Below, piece by piece: positions 25,462 through 34,946 of a DNA stretch of 40,844 nt; position 1 is the first letter of the stretch, and every line of letters starts with the position of its first letter. The notes under the pieces were generated by a model that saw nothing but the letters and a program-made list of their open reading frames with translations, searched no databases and was not told where the DNA came from. The DNA comes from a virus (lineage: Duplodnaviria; Caudoviricetes). The stretch is taken from the IMG/VR virus record IMGVR_UViG_3300037485_001686, positions 1-40,844 of that record. The stretch is one strand, 5' to 3'. Made by a program: the position numbers and the translations under genes.

Positions 25462-25758
25462 TCAGCGCCCTCCCTCTCCGCCGTCGACCAGGACCGCGGT
25501 CAGGGCGCAGGTCACCGCGGCGATCGTGGCGAAGCCGGCCACCGTCGCGGCCTCCGGCGCCCGGCTCACCAGGTAGGTGGCCAGGGCCCAGAAGGCCGCG
25601 GTCGCAAACCCGAGGGCCATCAGGGCGGCGCCGACCACCGTCGCCCGGCCGGCCTCGGTCCGGCTGAACCGCCAGAGGGCCCGCTCGATCTGGAAGGCCA
25701 GGCGCCAGGTGGCGCTCCTGGCCGGCCAGCTGCCGCCATCGCGGCGGGCCTGGCTCAC
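25462..25758 (-). CDS. Two-TM membrane protein
   Basis: GTG start (VSQARR) overlapping the upstream stop; two hydrophobic helices. Confidence 0.55.
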   Translation of the reverse strand: MSQARRDGGSWPARSATWRLAFQIERALWRFSRTEAGRATVVGAALMALGFATAAFWALATYLVSRAPEAATVAGFATIAAVTCALTAVLVDGGEGGR

Positions 25759-25970
25759 AGCCCGACCGCCCGCGCCAGGCGCTCGCTCACGTCGGCCGGC
25801 TCCGCCAGGGCGCAGGCGACGGCGGTCCGGACCTCCGCCGCGAATTCGCGCATCGGCAGGGCGTCCAGGGTCGGGTGCTCGACCCGCATCCAGGCCTCGA
25901 CGTGTCTCGCTTGCACGCGGCTCTCCTGCAGCTGGCCCAGGACCGCGGTGATCATGCTCTGGTAGCTCAT
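25755..25970 (-). CDS. Small hypothetical protein
   Basis: MSYQSMI...RHVEAWMRVEHPTLDAL; GGAGG RBS, ATGA overlap. Confidence 0.65.
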   Translation of the reverse strand: MSYQSMITAVLGQLQESRVQARHVEAWMRVEHPTLDALPMREFAAEVRTAVACALAEPADVSERLARAVGL

Positions 25971-26227
25971 CGGTTTCCCTCCGCCAGCGCTGCCCATGCG
26001 CGGCTGATCCTGCCGTTAACGACGACCGTGACAAAATCGAAAGACTCCCCGGCGCGCGTGGCCTCCGCTCCCTCGGTCCAGACCGTGTCGCGGCGGCGGT
26101 GGCCGTTCCGGATCGTGGCGCCGTCGCCGTAGGCGGCGATGATCGCCGCCGCGTCCTCCGCGTACCGGCAGGAGGCGACGTATTCGCCGTCGGCGGTGTA
26201 GACCTTCAGGGCGGGTGCGGCGGCCAT
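25967..26227 (-). CDS. Small hypothetical protein
   Basis: MAAAPALKVYTADGEYVASC; TAATG coupling. Confidence 0.65.
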   Translation of the reverse strand: MAAAPALKVYTADGEYVASCRYAEDAAAIIAAYGDGATIRNGHRRRDTVWTEGAEATRAGESFDFVTVVVNGRISRAWAALAEGNR

Positions 26228-26613
26228 TACTTGACCTCCGCCCGGCCGGCCTTGCGGCCGACCTCGTAGGCGGCGCGCAGCGCCTGGGCCAGGTCGCCCT
26301 TGGCGATCTCGATGCCGTCCTGGTCCTCGATGCCGCCGACCGGCATGTCCTCGATGTCCAGGATCCGCAGGGCGATCGTCTGGATCTCCTGGTCCCGCCA
26401 ATCCTCCGCCGTGACCACCGCGTCCTCCCACCAGCAGAGGGCGGCGTCCATCGCCGCGTCGGCGACGTCCTCTTCCGCGGTGCTCAGGCTCTCGTTCACC
26501 CGGTCGACCATCCGGTCCATGTCCAGGCCGGCTGCCCAGGCCAGGCGGGCGGTTTCGGCGCCGCTCCGGTGCGCCCAGGCGATCCGGCTGTTGTCGCTCT
26601 CGTGCGTGCTCAT
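26227..26613 (-). CDS. Early protein with a degenerate DUF6900-like C-terminal module
   Basis: IALRILDIE...LAQALRAAYEVGRKAG. Confidence 0.6.
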   Translation of the reverse strand: MSTHESDNSRIAWAHRSGAETARLAWAAGLDMDRMVDRVNESLSTAEEDVADAAMDAALCWWEDAVVTAEDWRDQEIQTIALRILDIEDMPVGGIEDQDGIEIAKGDLAQALRAAYEVGRKAGRAEVK

Positions 26614-27329
26614 TACTTCGCCTCCGCCTTTCCCGCCGTGCGGCCGGCCATGTAGGCGGCGACCAGGGCGGCCTGCAGGTTCCAGCAGGCGATCTCGTGG
26701 AAATCCGCGCGGTCGCTGTTGACCGGCGCCAGGCTCTCGATCCCGAGGATGTCGGCGGCGATCTGGTCGACCTTGTTCTTGGCGGTGATCGTCAGGTAGG
26801 TCTTTTCGCGGGCGGTCATCTTGTCGTTCCGCGCGCGGCAGGCCTCGAGGTCGTCCCGGATCTGCAGGCTGCGCATCTGCGCGGTGTGGAGGGCGCCGTG
26901 CTGCGCGTCGGTCAGGCCGACGCCGATCGTGTCCCGCAGGACCTCGAGGCGGCCGATCGTCCTGGCGACCTCGATGTTTTCGTTCAGCAGCATCTGCTCG
27001 TCGGTCGGGCCCGCGGGCGCCGCGGCGGCGCTGGCTGCCTGGCGGCCGGCCTCCGCCTGCGCGGCGGCGATCGTGCGGTCCAGGAAGGTCCGCTCATTGG
27101 CGGCTTTCATGCCGGCCGCCAGGGCGGTGGTTTCGGTGTGGAAGAGCCGCGCGTTCCCGTTCCGGTCCAGCAGGAGGGCGCCGTTGACGCGGACGGTGTT
27201 GTACCGGCCGCCGCCGTGGCCGACCGGGCGCGTGATCTCGATCGTGCAGCCGTCGCCCTCGTGCCGGATGATCTCGTGCGTGCCGCCGTGGGGCGTTTCG
27301 AAGGTGCTGGTCGTGCGGGTCGTTTTCAT
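26613..27329 (-). CDS. First early gene; C-terminal DUF6900-like domain
   Basis: Start MKTTRTT with GGGAGAG RBS; IAADILGIESL...SDRADFHEIACWNLQAALVAAYMAG. Confidence 0.7.
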   Translation of the reverse strand: MKTTRTTSTFETPHGGTHEIIRHEGDGCTIEITRPVGHGGGRYNTVRVNGALLLDRNGNARLFHTETTALAAGMKAANERTFLDRTIAAAQAEAGRQAASAAAAPAGPTDEQMLLNENIEVARTIGRLEVLRDTIGVGLTDAQHGALHTAQMRSLQIRDDLEACRARNDKMTAREKTYLTITAKNKVDQIAADILGIESLAPVNSDRADFHEIACWNLQAALVAAYMAGRTAGKAEAK

Positions 27330-27380
27330 CGTGCTCTCCCTCTTCGGTTCGCTTGCGTGGCCGTCATTGGTCACGGGATC

Positions 27381-27409
27381 AGTATCGGCGCTCGGCGCCC
27401 GCGTATCAA
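27381..27409 (-). promoter_or_regulatory. Sigma70-like early promoter
   Basis: Minus strand TTGATA-17 nt-GATACT, about 50 nt before the first early ATG. Confidence 0.65.
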
Positions 27410-28038
27410 GCTGCTGTATCTCTCTCCCGGTGCGAATCCCGAACAAAGGCCACGGGCGGCCACCAAACCGCCAATCTGAAATCCGGCGAAATCGGATCTC
27501 GCGCCTGCCGGGCGCCTGCCGGGCGGGTTGGCCTTTCCGGTGTCACACGTATCTCGTTTACACGTGCGACGTTACGCGGGTTTGTGTCGCACCACTGGCA
27601 GGGCTCGTGTCCTGGCGCCCGGCGGCGTCCCGGATCCTGCCGGCCTGGCGCCGCGGATCCTGCCGGCCGGCTGCGCGCGCGGGCGCCCGAGGCGGTGGCG
27701 CCTCGAGGCCGGCCGGCAGCGCCGCTGGCCGCGGGCTGGACGTTCGGCCTCCCGAGCGGGCGTCTGGTCGCCCGCGGGCGGGCCTCCGCAGGCGGGCGCC
27801 CAGGGCCCTTCCAGACCGTGCCGGGTGCCGGCCGGCCTCGCGCTATTTTTTCGACGGGTGCCGGGGTCCGGATCCTGCCGATGTTCCGGCGGGCCCCGGA
27901 GGGCGATATCGGCCGGGGTGGCCGCAGGAAATGCCGGGCGGGCCCCGGCGCAGGGATGGCAGATGTCGCGCCTGGTCGCGCGCATCATGCTGCCGGCTGC
28001 GCGCTTGCGGGTGATCGTGTCGGAACGGGCTGCCCTCG

Positions 28039-28064
28039 CGCCCGAGGTATATATACCTCGGGCG
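28039..28064. other. Perfect 26-bp palindrome
   Basis: CGCCCGAGGTATA|TATACCTCGGGCG. Confidence 0.9.
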
Positions 28065-28155
28065 ATGGCGCCGCAGGGCCCCGGCCGGAAACGCAGAGCG
28101 GCCGGGCTCTCGCCTGGCCGCTCTGGTCGCCTGGAGGTCCGTCTGCTCGGCGAGG

Positions 28156-28500
28156 CTAGACCGTCGGCGGGTCGTCCTCGTCGTGGCCGGTGGCGATGTC
28201 CTCGCCCTGGTCGATCATCTCCTGGAGCAGCTCGAGGCCCTCCGCCGTTTCGAGGCCGTCGACCTTGCCGTCGACCACCATCGTTCTCAGGTGCGCGGCC
28301 AGGGCGTCCGTCGCGTCCGCGTGCTCGCGCTCTTCGCGGGCGGTGGCCTCGAGGCGGTCGGCGATCTCGAGGATCTTGGCCGTGTCCTTGGCCGTGATCG
28401 CGGCCTGCAGCTGGCCGGCCAGGATCGGGATGAACTGCCAGATCGACGGCTTGATCACCGCCTGCAGCTTTGCCACCAAAATCGCCAGGTAGTTTTTCAT
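28156..28500 (-). CDS. Lysis-region hypothetical protein (amphipathic N-terminus)
   Basis: MKNYLAILVAKL; last gene of the late transcript. Confidence 0.65.
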   Translation of the reverse strand: MKNYLAILVAKLQAVIKPSIWQFIPILAGQLQAAITAKDTAKILEIADRLEATAREEREHADATDALAAHLRTMVVDGKVDGLETAEGLELLQEMIDQGEDIATGHDEDDPPTV

Positions 28501-28525
28501 GCTCCCGTTTCCCTTCTGTCCGCGG

Positions 28526-28942
28526 CTAATCGGCCGCCGCGGGAATTCGCGGCGTGGCCGTCGTGACCGGCGCGTCCGGTTTCACCTTGCTCACGTTGTC
28601 GCCCAGGCCGAATCCTAGCATGGCGATCACGGCCGGGACCAGCGACTTCAACAGGTCCGGCTCCGCGCAAAGGCGCGAGGCCACTCCGCAGAGCTGGTCG
28701 ATCGCGTCCGGCCCGACGATCGCCGCGGCTCCGGCGGCACCGCCGATGGCCGCGATCGGGCCGGCCACCTTCTGGAGCTTCAGACCGGTTTCGCCCTCGA
28801 GGCGCTTGCCGGCCCACGTCGCTCCGGCGCCGCCCAGGGTCGCGCCGCCGACCACCGCTCCCGCCTCCGGGCCCACGAAGATTGCCGTCGCCACCGGGGC
28901 TGCGAACTTCAGGGCCGTGCCCAGGATTTTCAGAATGTTCAT
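28526..28942 (-). CDS. Gly/Ala-rich membrane protein (holin or lysis accessory candidate)
   Basis: Start MNILKILG; several hydrophobic, glycine-zipper-like segments; follows the endolysin. Confidence 0.55.
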   Translation of the reverse strand: MNILKILGTALKFAAPVATAIFVGPEAGAVVGGATLGGAGATWAGKRLEGETGLKLQKVAGPIAAIGGAAGAAAIVGPDAIDQLCGVASRLCAEPDLLKSLVPAVIAMLGFGLGDNVSKVKPDAPVTTATPRIPAAAD

Positions 28943-28956
28943 GTCTGCCTCGCTTT

Positions 28957-29355
28957 CTACGCTGCCGCCCAGACGCCGCGTGCGGACGGCGCCTGCAGGT
29001 GGAAATGTGGACCGGCGCCCACGTCGTGGAAGATCGCGCACCGCTTGCCGCGGCCGTAGGTAAACTGGCGGTTGGTCATCTCCAGCAGGATGTCGATCTC
29101 GTCGCCCGTGTAGATGGCCGAGCGCAGGTCCACGCCGCGGTGCAGGGTGTGGACGGTATCGTAATACGGGACGCCGAGCTCCCGGCAGAGGGCGATCTGC
29201 TCGGCCTGGGTGCGAACGATCCCGGTCACCACGACCTGCTTTCCCATCAGGCGGATCGAGGCCTCGGCCACGTACTGGACGACCGGAACAATCATGTATC
29301 CGCCCGCGACCAGCTCAGCCCACTCCCGGTCCTCTCTCGGTGTCTTGAAGATCAT
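28957..29355 (-). CDS. Endolysin, M15-family Zn peptidase
   Basis: VTGIVRT..EQ, H-x6-D (HTLHRGVD) and HFHLQ zinc ligands. Confidence 0.8.
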   Translation of the reverse strand: MIFKTPREDREWAELVAGGYMIVPVVQYVAEASIRLMGKQVVVTGIVRTQAEQIALCRELGVPYYDTVHTLHRGVDLRSAIYTGDEIDILLEMTNRQFTYGRGKRCAIFHDVGAGPHFHLQAPSARGVWAAA

Positions 29356-29654
29356 CAAACGCTCCTGTCGTCCCGCAGCCTATCGATCTCCAGCTGGTGG
29401 TTTGCCACCCGCTCCGCAATGGCGGCGCCTTCGCGCTCGTGAACGTCCAGCCGGCCGACCACCCGCTCGAGGGTCCTGGTCGCGGCGCCGAGGACCAGCG
29501 CTGTATCGCTCGTCGTTTTTTCCACGCCGACCATCCGGCTCGCCAGCTGCTCGGCGATCCTGGCTGTCTGCCTCGCCTGGAAGGCGAAGCCGCCGATCGT
29601 CATCAGCATGGCAACCAGGGCGATGGCTACCGAAATCCAGCGGGCGACGTCCAT
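29355..29654 (-). CDS. Holin-like protein (one TM plus coiled coil)
   Basis: MDVARWISVAIALVAMLMTIGGFAF; AGGAGG RBS; coupled to the endolysin. Confidence 0.6.
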   Translation of the reverse strand: MDVARWISVAIALVAMLMTIGGFAFQARQTARIAEQLASRMVGVEKTTSDTALVLGAATRTLERVVGRLDVHEREGAAIAERVANHQLEIDRLRDDRSV

Positions 29655-29665
29655 GTCCGGTCCTC

Positions 29666-31924
29666 CTACGCGGTCTGCAGGGCGGTGATCGAGATCGTGT
29701 CCTTGTCCGGGTTCGGCCGCGTGCCGGTGATCACGAACTGGCTGGCCAGAATGTCTTGCGCGAGGGCGGGCCATTGCGCTGGCGCAAAATCGAAGGTGTC
29801 GCCGAGCTCGTAAAACATCGACTCCAGGTCCATGTCGAATTCGATGGCCCACCGCCGCGCGGTCAGCCATGCGATCATCCTCTTGGCCCAGAGGACGGCC
29901 GTCGCCTCGTCCCGAAGCCAGGGCGCGTCCAGCGTAATCGGGATATCCTTGCCGTTGCAGAACCGTTCTTTTGCCGTGGCGCACATCGCCTCGTAGGTGG
30001 CGCCCAGGCTGGCGCTGCTCGAGGTGGCGGTGCACTCCAGGGTTTCGGTCAGCTCGTCGATCACCGGGTTGAACTTGTACCGGAACTTGAAACTGTCGGC
30101 CACGTCGCGCAGCGGCGTCTGCTTGGCCTTGCGCAAACTCGGGCCCACGATCATGCCGCGGCCGAGGGTGAATGTCGGCGCCGTCACGCGGTCCGCGGTG
30201 AAGGCTCGGTACCGGCCTTGGTTATCGCACCAGGTCCAGAAGCCGGCCATCTCTCCGAGCTCGTCCAGCAGGTCGTTGGTCTGCATTGCCTCATCGATGA
30301 ACCGGCCGACCTTCCAGCCGGCACGCTTGGCGGCGACGGCCTGGAAGTCGACGGTCGTTTGGACCGAGGCCCCGGCATTGGAAAGGGTGCGGCAAATGAA
30401 GGACGCGACGTGGGCCGGGTTCTCGATCAGTCCGTAGGCGGAACCGGTCACCTCGCCGCCGAACGTGTCCCGGTATCCCAGGACCGTCGCGTAGAGGCCT
30501 CGCTCTTGCGGGTACTCGATGTCCGCGTAAACCCGCAGGCTCCTGGCCTCGTAGATGTCGATGTTGGATCCGTCGCCCGCGCCGGCAGTCGGCACGGCCA
30601 CGCCGTAGAAGAGGTAGCCCTGGCCGAGCTGCTGCAGGGTGTCCAGCGATCCGGTCGTGCCGGCATGGCTGTTGAAATAAATTGTTTCGCTGCCGGCCGC
30701 GGTGTTCTCAATCGTCGGAACCAGGAACGTGCCGGTGGCAAAATCGTGGAAGAACAGGCTTGGCCCGTCGGTCATTGGCGCCACGTCGCGGTCCGCGCAA
30801 AATCCGACCCGGTAGACCTGCGGCGTCGCGTTAGAGCTCCAGGCGTTGATCTTGTGGGCCACGTAGATTTTCGGCGTCGTCCCGCTGATCCTGGGAATGT
30901 CACCGGCCAGGTTGATCGGCGGGATTTTGATCGGGATGGCCGACTCAAAATTCCAATCAGCCAGGCGCAGCGGCGTGTAGGTGGCATCGTCGTCATCGAC
31001 GCAGCGGGCCCACTCGGCATCGGTCACGCCCCACCATGGCGCGTAGGTGCCGCCCTTGACGAATTCGCCGAGGGCGATGTCCATGCGCACCTGGATCGTC
31101 GTGCCGTTCGCGTCCGGGTTGGCGAAATAGAGCTTGCTGTTGGTGACCTCGATCGTGAACGGCGAGACCGCGGTCACGATCGTGGCAAATCCTCCGGTCG
31201 CTTGGACCAGGCCGTCGCTGCCGACCTGCGGGCTGTAGATGTCCTTGATGCCGTCGGCGATCGTCGGGTCCGCGAAAAGGTAGGACGGCCCGCAGTCGCC
31301 TCCGCGCGGGAGAGGGCTGATGTTGGTCGTCCGCACGCCTGGGCAGGCGTCGTGCGTACCGAACACCAGCTGCTTTGGCTTGCCGCGGACCCACTCCGGA
31401 TCGGTGGTCCCGCTCGAGTACCGGTTCGGCGGCGTTTCTTTGTCGTTCTGGACGCTGGTATCCTCACAGCGGCAGGTGACCGTTCCGCCCACCGGGTCCC
31501 GTTCCACCTCGATGATGGATCCCGTCCAGAGCAGCAGGTCCTCCGCTCCGCTGGCGCTCGCTTTGAATGCCAGGTAGAGGGCGACCGCCCGGCCCTCGTA
31601 ATAAATGCCGGCTGCGTTCAGCGCCGCGTAGGCATTATCGTCATCGGCAACCTGAAATTCGAGGATGCCGACCTGGGCCAGGCCGCCGCCGGTCTTTTCG
31701 TCGATCGTCGTTTCGACGCCGCGGATCGACTGCTTGTCCATCCGGTTATGGAAGTACCTGGTCGTGGCGGGCGGGCTCGCGTGGGAGATCGTGCGGTTGC
31801 CGTAGGCATGCTTCGAATATCCATCAGGCCAGTTGCCGGCCGTGCTCTTGGTGATCACCACGTAGAAAATCGGATCGCTGCAGGTCCGCATCAAAGCCCG
31901 GTTGGCCTCGGTGATCGTGATCAC
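29666..31924 (-). CDS. Baseplate hub / central tail protein
   Basis: Probable GTG start VITITEA; GKPKQLVFG, IENPAHV, WLRDEATA, YELGD motifs; follows the Dit-like gene. Confidence 0.75.
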   Translation of the reverse strand: MITITEANRALMRTCSDPIFYVVITKSTAGNWPDGYSKHAYGNRTISHASPPATTRYFHNRMDKQSIRGVETTIDEKTGGGLAQVGILEFQVADDDNAYAALNAAGIYYEGRAVALYLAFKASASGAEDLLLWTGSIIEVERDPVGGTVTCRCEDTSVQNDKETPPNRYSSGTTDPEWVRGKPKQLVFGTHDACPGVRTTNISPLPRGGDCGPSYLFADPTIADGIKDIYSPQVGSDGLVQATGGFATIVTAVSPFTIEVTNSKLYFANPDANGTTIQVRMDIALGEFVKGGTYAPWWGVTDAEWARCVDDDDATYTPLRLADWNFESAIPIKIPPINLAGDIPRISGTTPKIYVAHKINAWSSNATPQVYRVGFCADRDVAPMTDGPSLFFHDFATGTFLVPTIENTAAGSETIYFNSHAGTTGSLDTLQQLGQGYLFYGVAVPTAGAGDGSNIDIYEARSLRVYADIEYPQERGLYATVLGYRDTFGGEVTGSAYGLIENPAHVASFICRTLSNAGASVQTTVDFQAVAAKRAGWKVGRFIDEAMQTNDLLDELGEMAGFWTWCDNQGRYRAFTADRVTAPTFTLGRGMIVGPSLRKAKQTPLRDVADSFKFRYKFNPVIDELTETLECTATSSSASLGATYEAMCATAKERFCNGKDIPITLDAPWLRDEATAVLWAKRMIAWLTARRWAIEFDMDLESMFYELGDTFDFAPAQWPALAQDILASQFVITGTRPNPDKDTISITALQTA

Positions 31925-31926
31925 GC

Positions 31927-32268
31927 CTAGACCTCGATCCGGAAGGAGGCCTCCGCCGACCAGAACCGCCCGAGCCGCGACTCGCCGCGCAGGCTGTCGT
32001 CCCAGTACCGGCAGGTGTAGGAGGTCCCGTAATCGTCGACCACGGTGATGGCCGTGCCGCTGAATTTCCAGGAGGCGGCGAGGGCCTTCAGCACCGTCCA
32101 CTGGGTGTTGTCCAACCGCGGGAACTTGAACGTGATGATCTTGGTCAGGGCGCCCGCGGTCCGGCTGCGCACGCTGCCGTCGCCCATCACGTTGACCACC
32201 AGCTTTTGGGTCACCTCGTCGCGCGTGCCCACGGCCGCGCGCCCGACGTCGTATCCTGCGATCGTCAT
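31927..32268 (-). CDS. Distal tail (Dit / lambda gpM-like) protein
   Basis: 113 aa directly after the tape measure; MGDGSVRS, WSAEASFRIEV. Confidence 0.65.
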   Translation of the reverse strand: MTIAGYDVGRAAVGTRDEVTQKLVVNVMGDGSVRSRTAGALTKIITFKFPRLDNTQWTVLKALAASWKFSGTAITVVDDYGTSYTCRYWDDSLRGESRLGRFWSAEASFRIEV

Positions 32269-32270
32269 GG

Positions 32271-34586
32271 CTATGCCACCTTCAGCCGCCGCTGAACGAC
32301 CAGGCGTTCGAGGGCCGGCACGATCTCGCGTTCGATGTCCAACCGCAGGCCGGCCTGGTCGGCGCCGCCCGGCAGGTTAAAGGTCGCCTGGAAGGTCCCG
32401 CCGCCTCCGCCCGCGTTCGCGCGCATGCCGTTCAGGGCGTCCACGAATGCGCGCCCGCCGTTCGCGTCCACCGCGCGCTTGGTCAGGATGCCCTCGCCGC
32501 CGCTCAGCAGGACATGCTTGTCGTCCGCGTTCCCACTGCCGCCGCCCGGCACGATGCCGCCGCCGGCAAAGGCCCCGAGGACCTTCATCATCGTGGCGAT
32601 CAGGCCGATGGCGATGGCGATGCCCACGAAGGGGATGCCCGCGTGGGCCTGCATTGTTTCGGCCGCGGCGGCGTGCGTGGCCGAGGCCGCCACCACTTCA
32701 TTCTGCGCTGTCTTGGCGGCGTTGATCGGGACCTCCGCCGCGGCTCCTGCGGCCTTGACGGCCAGCAGCTTTTTCTGGTTCAGGGTCTCGATCACCAGCA
32801 TCTTGGCCTTGGCCCACATCCAGCTGCTCACCATGTCCACGGCCGCCTGGTAGAACTGCTCGCGCATTCCCTGCCAGAGCTCGGTGATCGCCTGGCCGAT
32901 GTTCTTGTGGCTGTCCAAAATCATCGAGACCACGGTGTCCACGTAGAGGTCCTTGGCGAAGCCCTGCAGGCCCTGCCAGTAATCGGCCCAGAGCTGGCTT
33001 TGCGCCTGGCGGAACTGATCGCTCGCGTCGGCGATCTGCTGCATGATGTCGGCCTCGCTCTGGACCCGGTTCTCGCCGTCGGTGCTGGCGCCTCCGCGGA
33101 ACGTGCCCAGGGATACCGTTTCGCCTCCGCCTCGCTGCGTCTGCGGCCGGCCGCCCAGGATCTCCCCCAGGTTCCCGCCGCCGAAGCCGCCGTACGGGAC
33201 GTACATCGACCCTGGCGCCATGCCGCCGCGGCGTCCCTGCTCGCGCTGCAGCATTACATCTAGGCCGCTGATGTCGCCTCCGCCGCCGCCGCTCCCGCGG
33301 CCGAGCACGGCGCCGCGGTAATTCGCTGCCTCTTCTTTCATCGCCGCGCGCAGGCCCGACTGCTGCCATGCGTAGGACAGGGCGTCGACGAACCACTCCA
33401 GGTCGCCCTTTGCGTCCTTCAGGTCCAGCTCGATTTTCTTTGTCTCCGGCTTGGACCCGGTCCAGTCGCCCATTCTGGCGAAGGCCCGCTCAATGGTCAG
33501 GCCGACCACCTTGAAGGCGCTCACGATCACGTCCTTGACCGCGATCGCCACTTCTTTCAGCCAGTTGAAGCCGGCCACCAGGCTCTTGAAAAACCCAATC
33601 GTGCGGGTGATGCCGTTGACCATTCCCTCGAAAATCTTAGGCGCGTTCTCGACCATGCGGATGATCATGCCGGCTGCCGCGTCCAGCGGCCTGGCGAGGT
33701 AGCGCCCGATCGCGTCGGCCATGCCGGAATCGACCAGGCCCTGCAGGGCGCTGGTCATCTGGTCGATCCGCGGCTTGAGGCGGTCCCACAGGGCCTTGGT
33801 CGTGGCGCCCAGGAAACCCTTCCAGGTGTCGGCCAGCGTGCTCATCTTTCCCTGGAAGGTGCCGGCCAGGGTTTCCATCATGCCCATGAACCGCTCGTCG
33901 ATAATCGCGTTGATGCCGGCCATCGCCTCCGCCACCGACCCGACGTAGCTCCCGCCCTTGTCAAATTTCAGGCCTTTCGCCTCCAGCATCTCGCGCGTGG
34001 CCAGGCCCATCTCCGCCAGGCGCATGAAGGCCTCGCCGAAGGCCCCGGCCTTGATCCGGCCCAGGGTCATGGCGACCTCTTCCAGCGGTCGGTTCGCCGC
34101 GGCTGCCGCGTCGCCCGCCCGCCGCAGCGCCGTGGCGCCGTGCAGGCCGAAGGCCATCAGGATCCGCTCCGCGTTCGCCACCTCGCCGAGCTCGAAAGGT
34201 GTCTTGGCTGCGAACGTGACCAGGGCGCCCATCACCTGATTGGCTTTCTCGGCGCTGCCGGTCAAAACCTTGAACTGCATACCCAGGGTTTCGAGGGTGC
34301 TGTTGTATTCCAGGCCGGTCTTGATCAGCATGCCCATGCCCGCGGCGCCCGCGGCTGCGGCCATCTGCGCACCGAAACCGGTCAGGGCGTCCTTCAGCCG
34401 GCCCATCGCTTTGTGCGTTTTGCTGGCAGACTTTTCGGCCTTGTCGCCCATGTCGTCCCAGGATTTGCCGGCTTTCTTGCCGGTGGCCTGGGTCTTTTCT
34501 CCGAGGTCGCCGATCTCATCCTTCAGCTTGCGGACGACGGGCGTCGCGTCGTCCTTCATTCCCGCTTCCAGCCTGATGTTATCCAT
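32271..34586 (-). CDS. Tail tape measure protein
   Basis: FAAKTPFELGEV, TFQGKMSTLADT, FAGGGIVPG...LSGGEGILT; helical Ala/Gly-rich. Confidence 0.92.
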   Translation of the reverse strand: MDNIRLEAGMKDDATPVVRKLKDEIGDLGEKTQATGKKAGKSWDDMGDKAEKSASKTHKAMGRLKDALTGFGAQMAAAAGAAGMGMLIKTGLEYNSTLETLGMQFKVLTGSAEKANQVMGALVTFAAKTPFELGEVANAERILMAFGLHGATALRRAGDAAAAANRPLEEVAMTLGRIKAGAFGEAFMRLAEMGLATREMLEAKGLKFDKGGSYVGSVAEAMAGINAIIDERFMGMMETLAGTFQGKMSTLADTWKGFLGATTKALWDRLKPRIDQMTSALQGLVDSGMADAIGRYLARPLDAAAGMIIRMVENAPKIFEGMVNGITRTIGFFKSLVAGFNWLKEVAIAVKDVIVSAFKVVGLTIERAFARMGDWTGSKPETKKIELDLKDAKGDLEWFVDALSYAWQQSGLRAAMKEEAANYRGAVLGRGSGGGGGDISGLDVMLQREQGRRGGMAPGSMYVPYGGFGGGNLGEILGGRPQTQRGGGETVSLGTFRGGASTDGENRVQSEADIMQQIADASDQFRQAQSQLWADYWQGLQGFAKDLYVDTVVSMILDSHKNIGQAITELWQGMREQFYQAAVDMVSSWMWAKAKMLVIETLNQKKLLAVKAAGAAAEVPINAAKTAQNEVVAASATHAAAAETMQAHAGIPFVGIAIAIGLIATMMKVLGAFAGGGIVPGGGSGNADDKHVLLSGGEGILTKRAVDANGGRAFVDALNGMRANAGGGGGTFQATFNLPGGADQAGLRLDIEREIVPALERLVVQRRLKVA

Positions 34587-34592
34587 CGCCCG

Positions 34593-34946
34593 TCACCTCC
34601 CGCTTTTGTTCTTGCTCGCCTCGATCTTTTCGCGCTCGATCTCTCGCCCTTCCGCAAACAGGACCCGCAATTTCATCACCAGATCGCCGCGTTCCCAATC
34701 GGTCAGCTCCCTCGCATTCAGCGCCATCGCGGCCTCGAAGCCCATCAGGTTGATGTCGCTGAAAACCTGGACCGCGAACACGTTTTCCCTGGCCACCTCC
34801 GGCATGCCGAACTGGCAGGTTCCGTCCGGCAGGATCTCCTTGGAGCAGGGCGGTTGGTCGCTGGCCTCGTCGTAGGTCTTTCGGCACTCGTAGCACGACA
34901 GGCCAGCGTCCACCGCCCGGATCAGCTGCCGAAGGTTCAGGTAGGG
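34593..34946 (-). CDS. Tail assembly chaperone 'T' segment (probably reached by -1 frameshift)
   Basis: Open -1 frame without an obvious start: PYLNLRQLIRAV...CYECRK...C...C..PEVARENVFAVQVF. Confidence 0.6.
   Translation of the reverse strand, partial: PYLNLRQLIRAVDAGLSCYECRKTYDEASDQPPCSKEILPDGTCQFGMPEVARENVFAVQVFSDINLMGFEAAMALNARELTDWERGDLVMKLRVLFAEGREIEREKIEASKNKSGR

Noticed and set aside
27330-28155. CRISPR mini-array or protein-coding gene in the large intergenic region
   Set aside because: Repeats are short and irregularly spaced with no repeat-spacer periodicity; ORFs are low-complexity Arg/Gly/Pro/Ala
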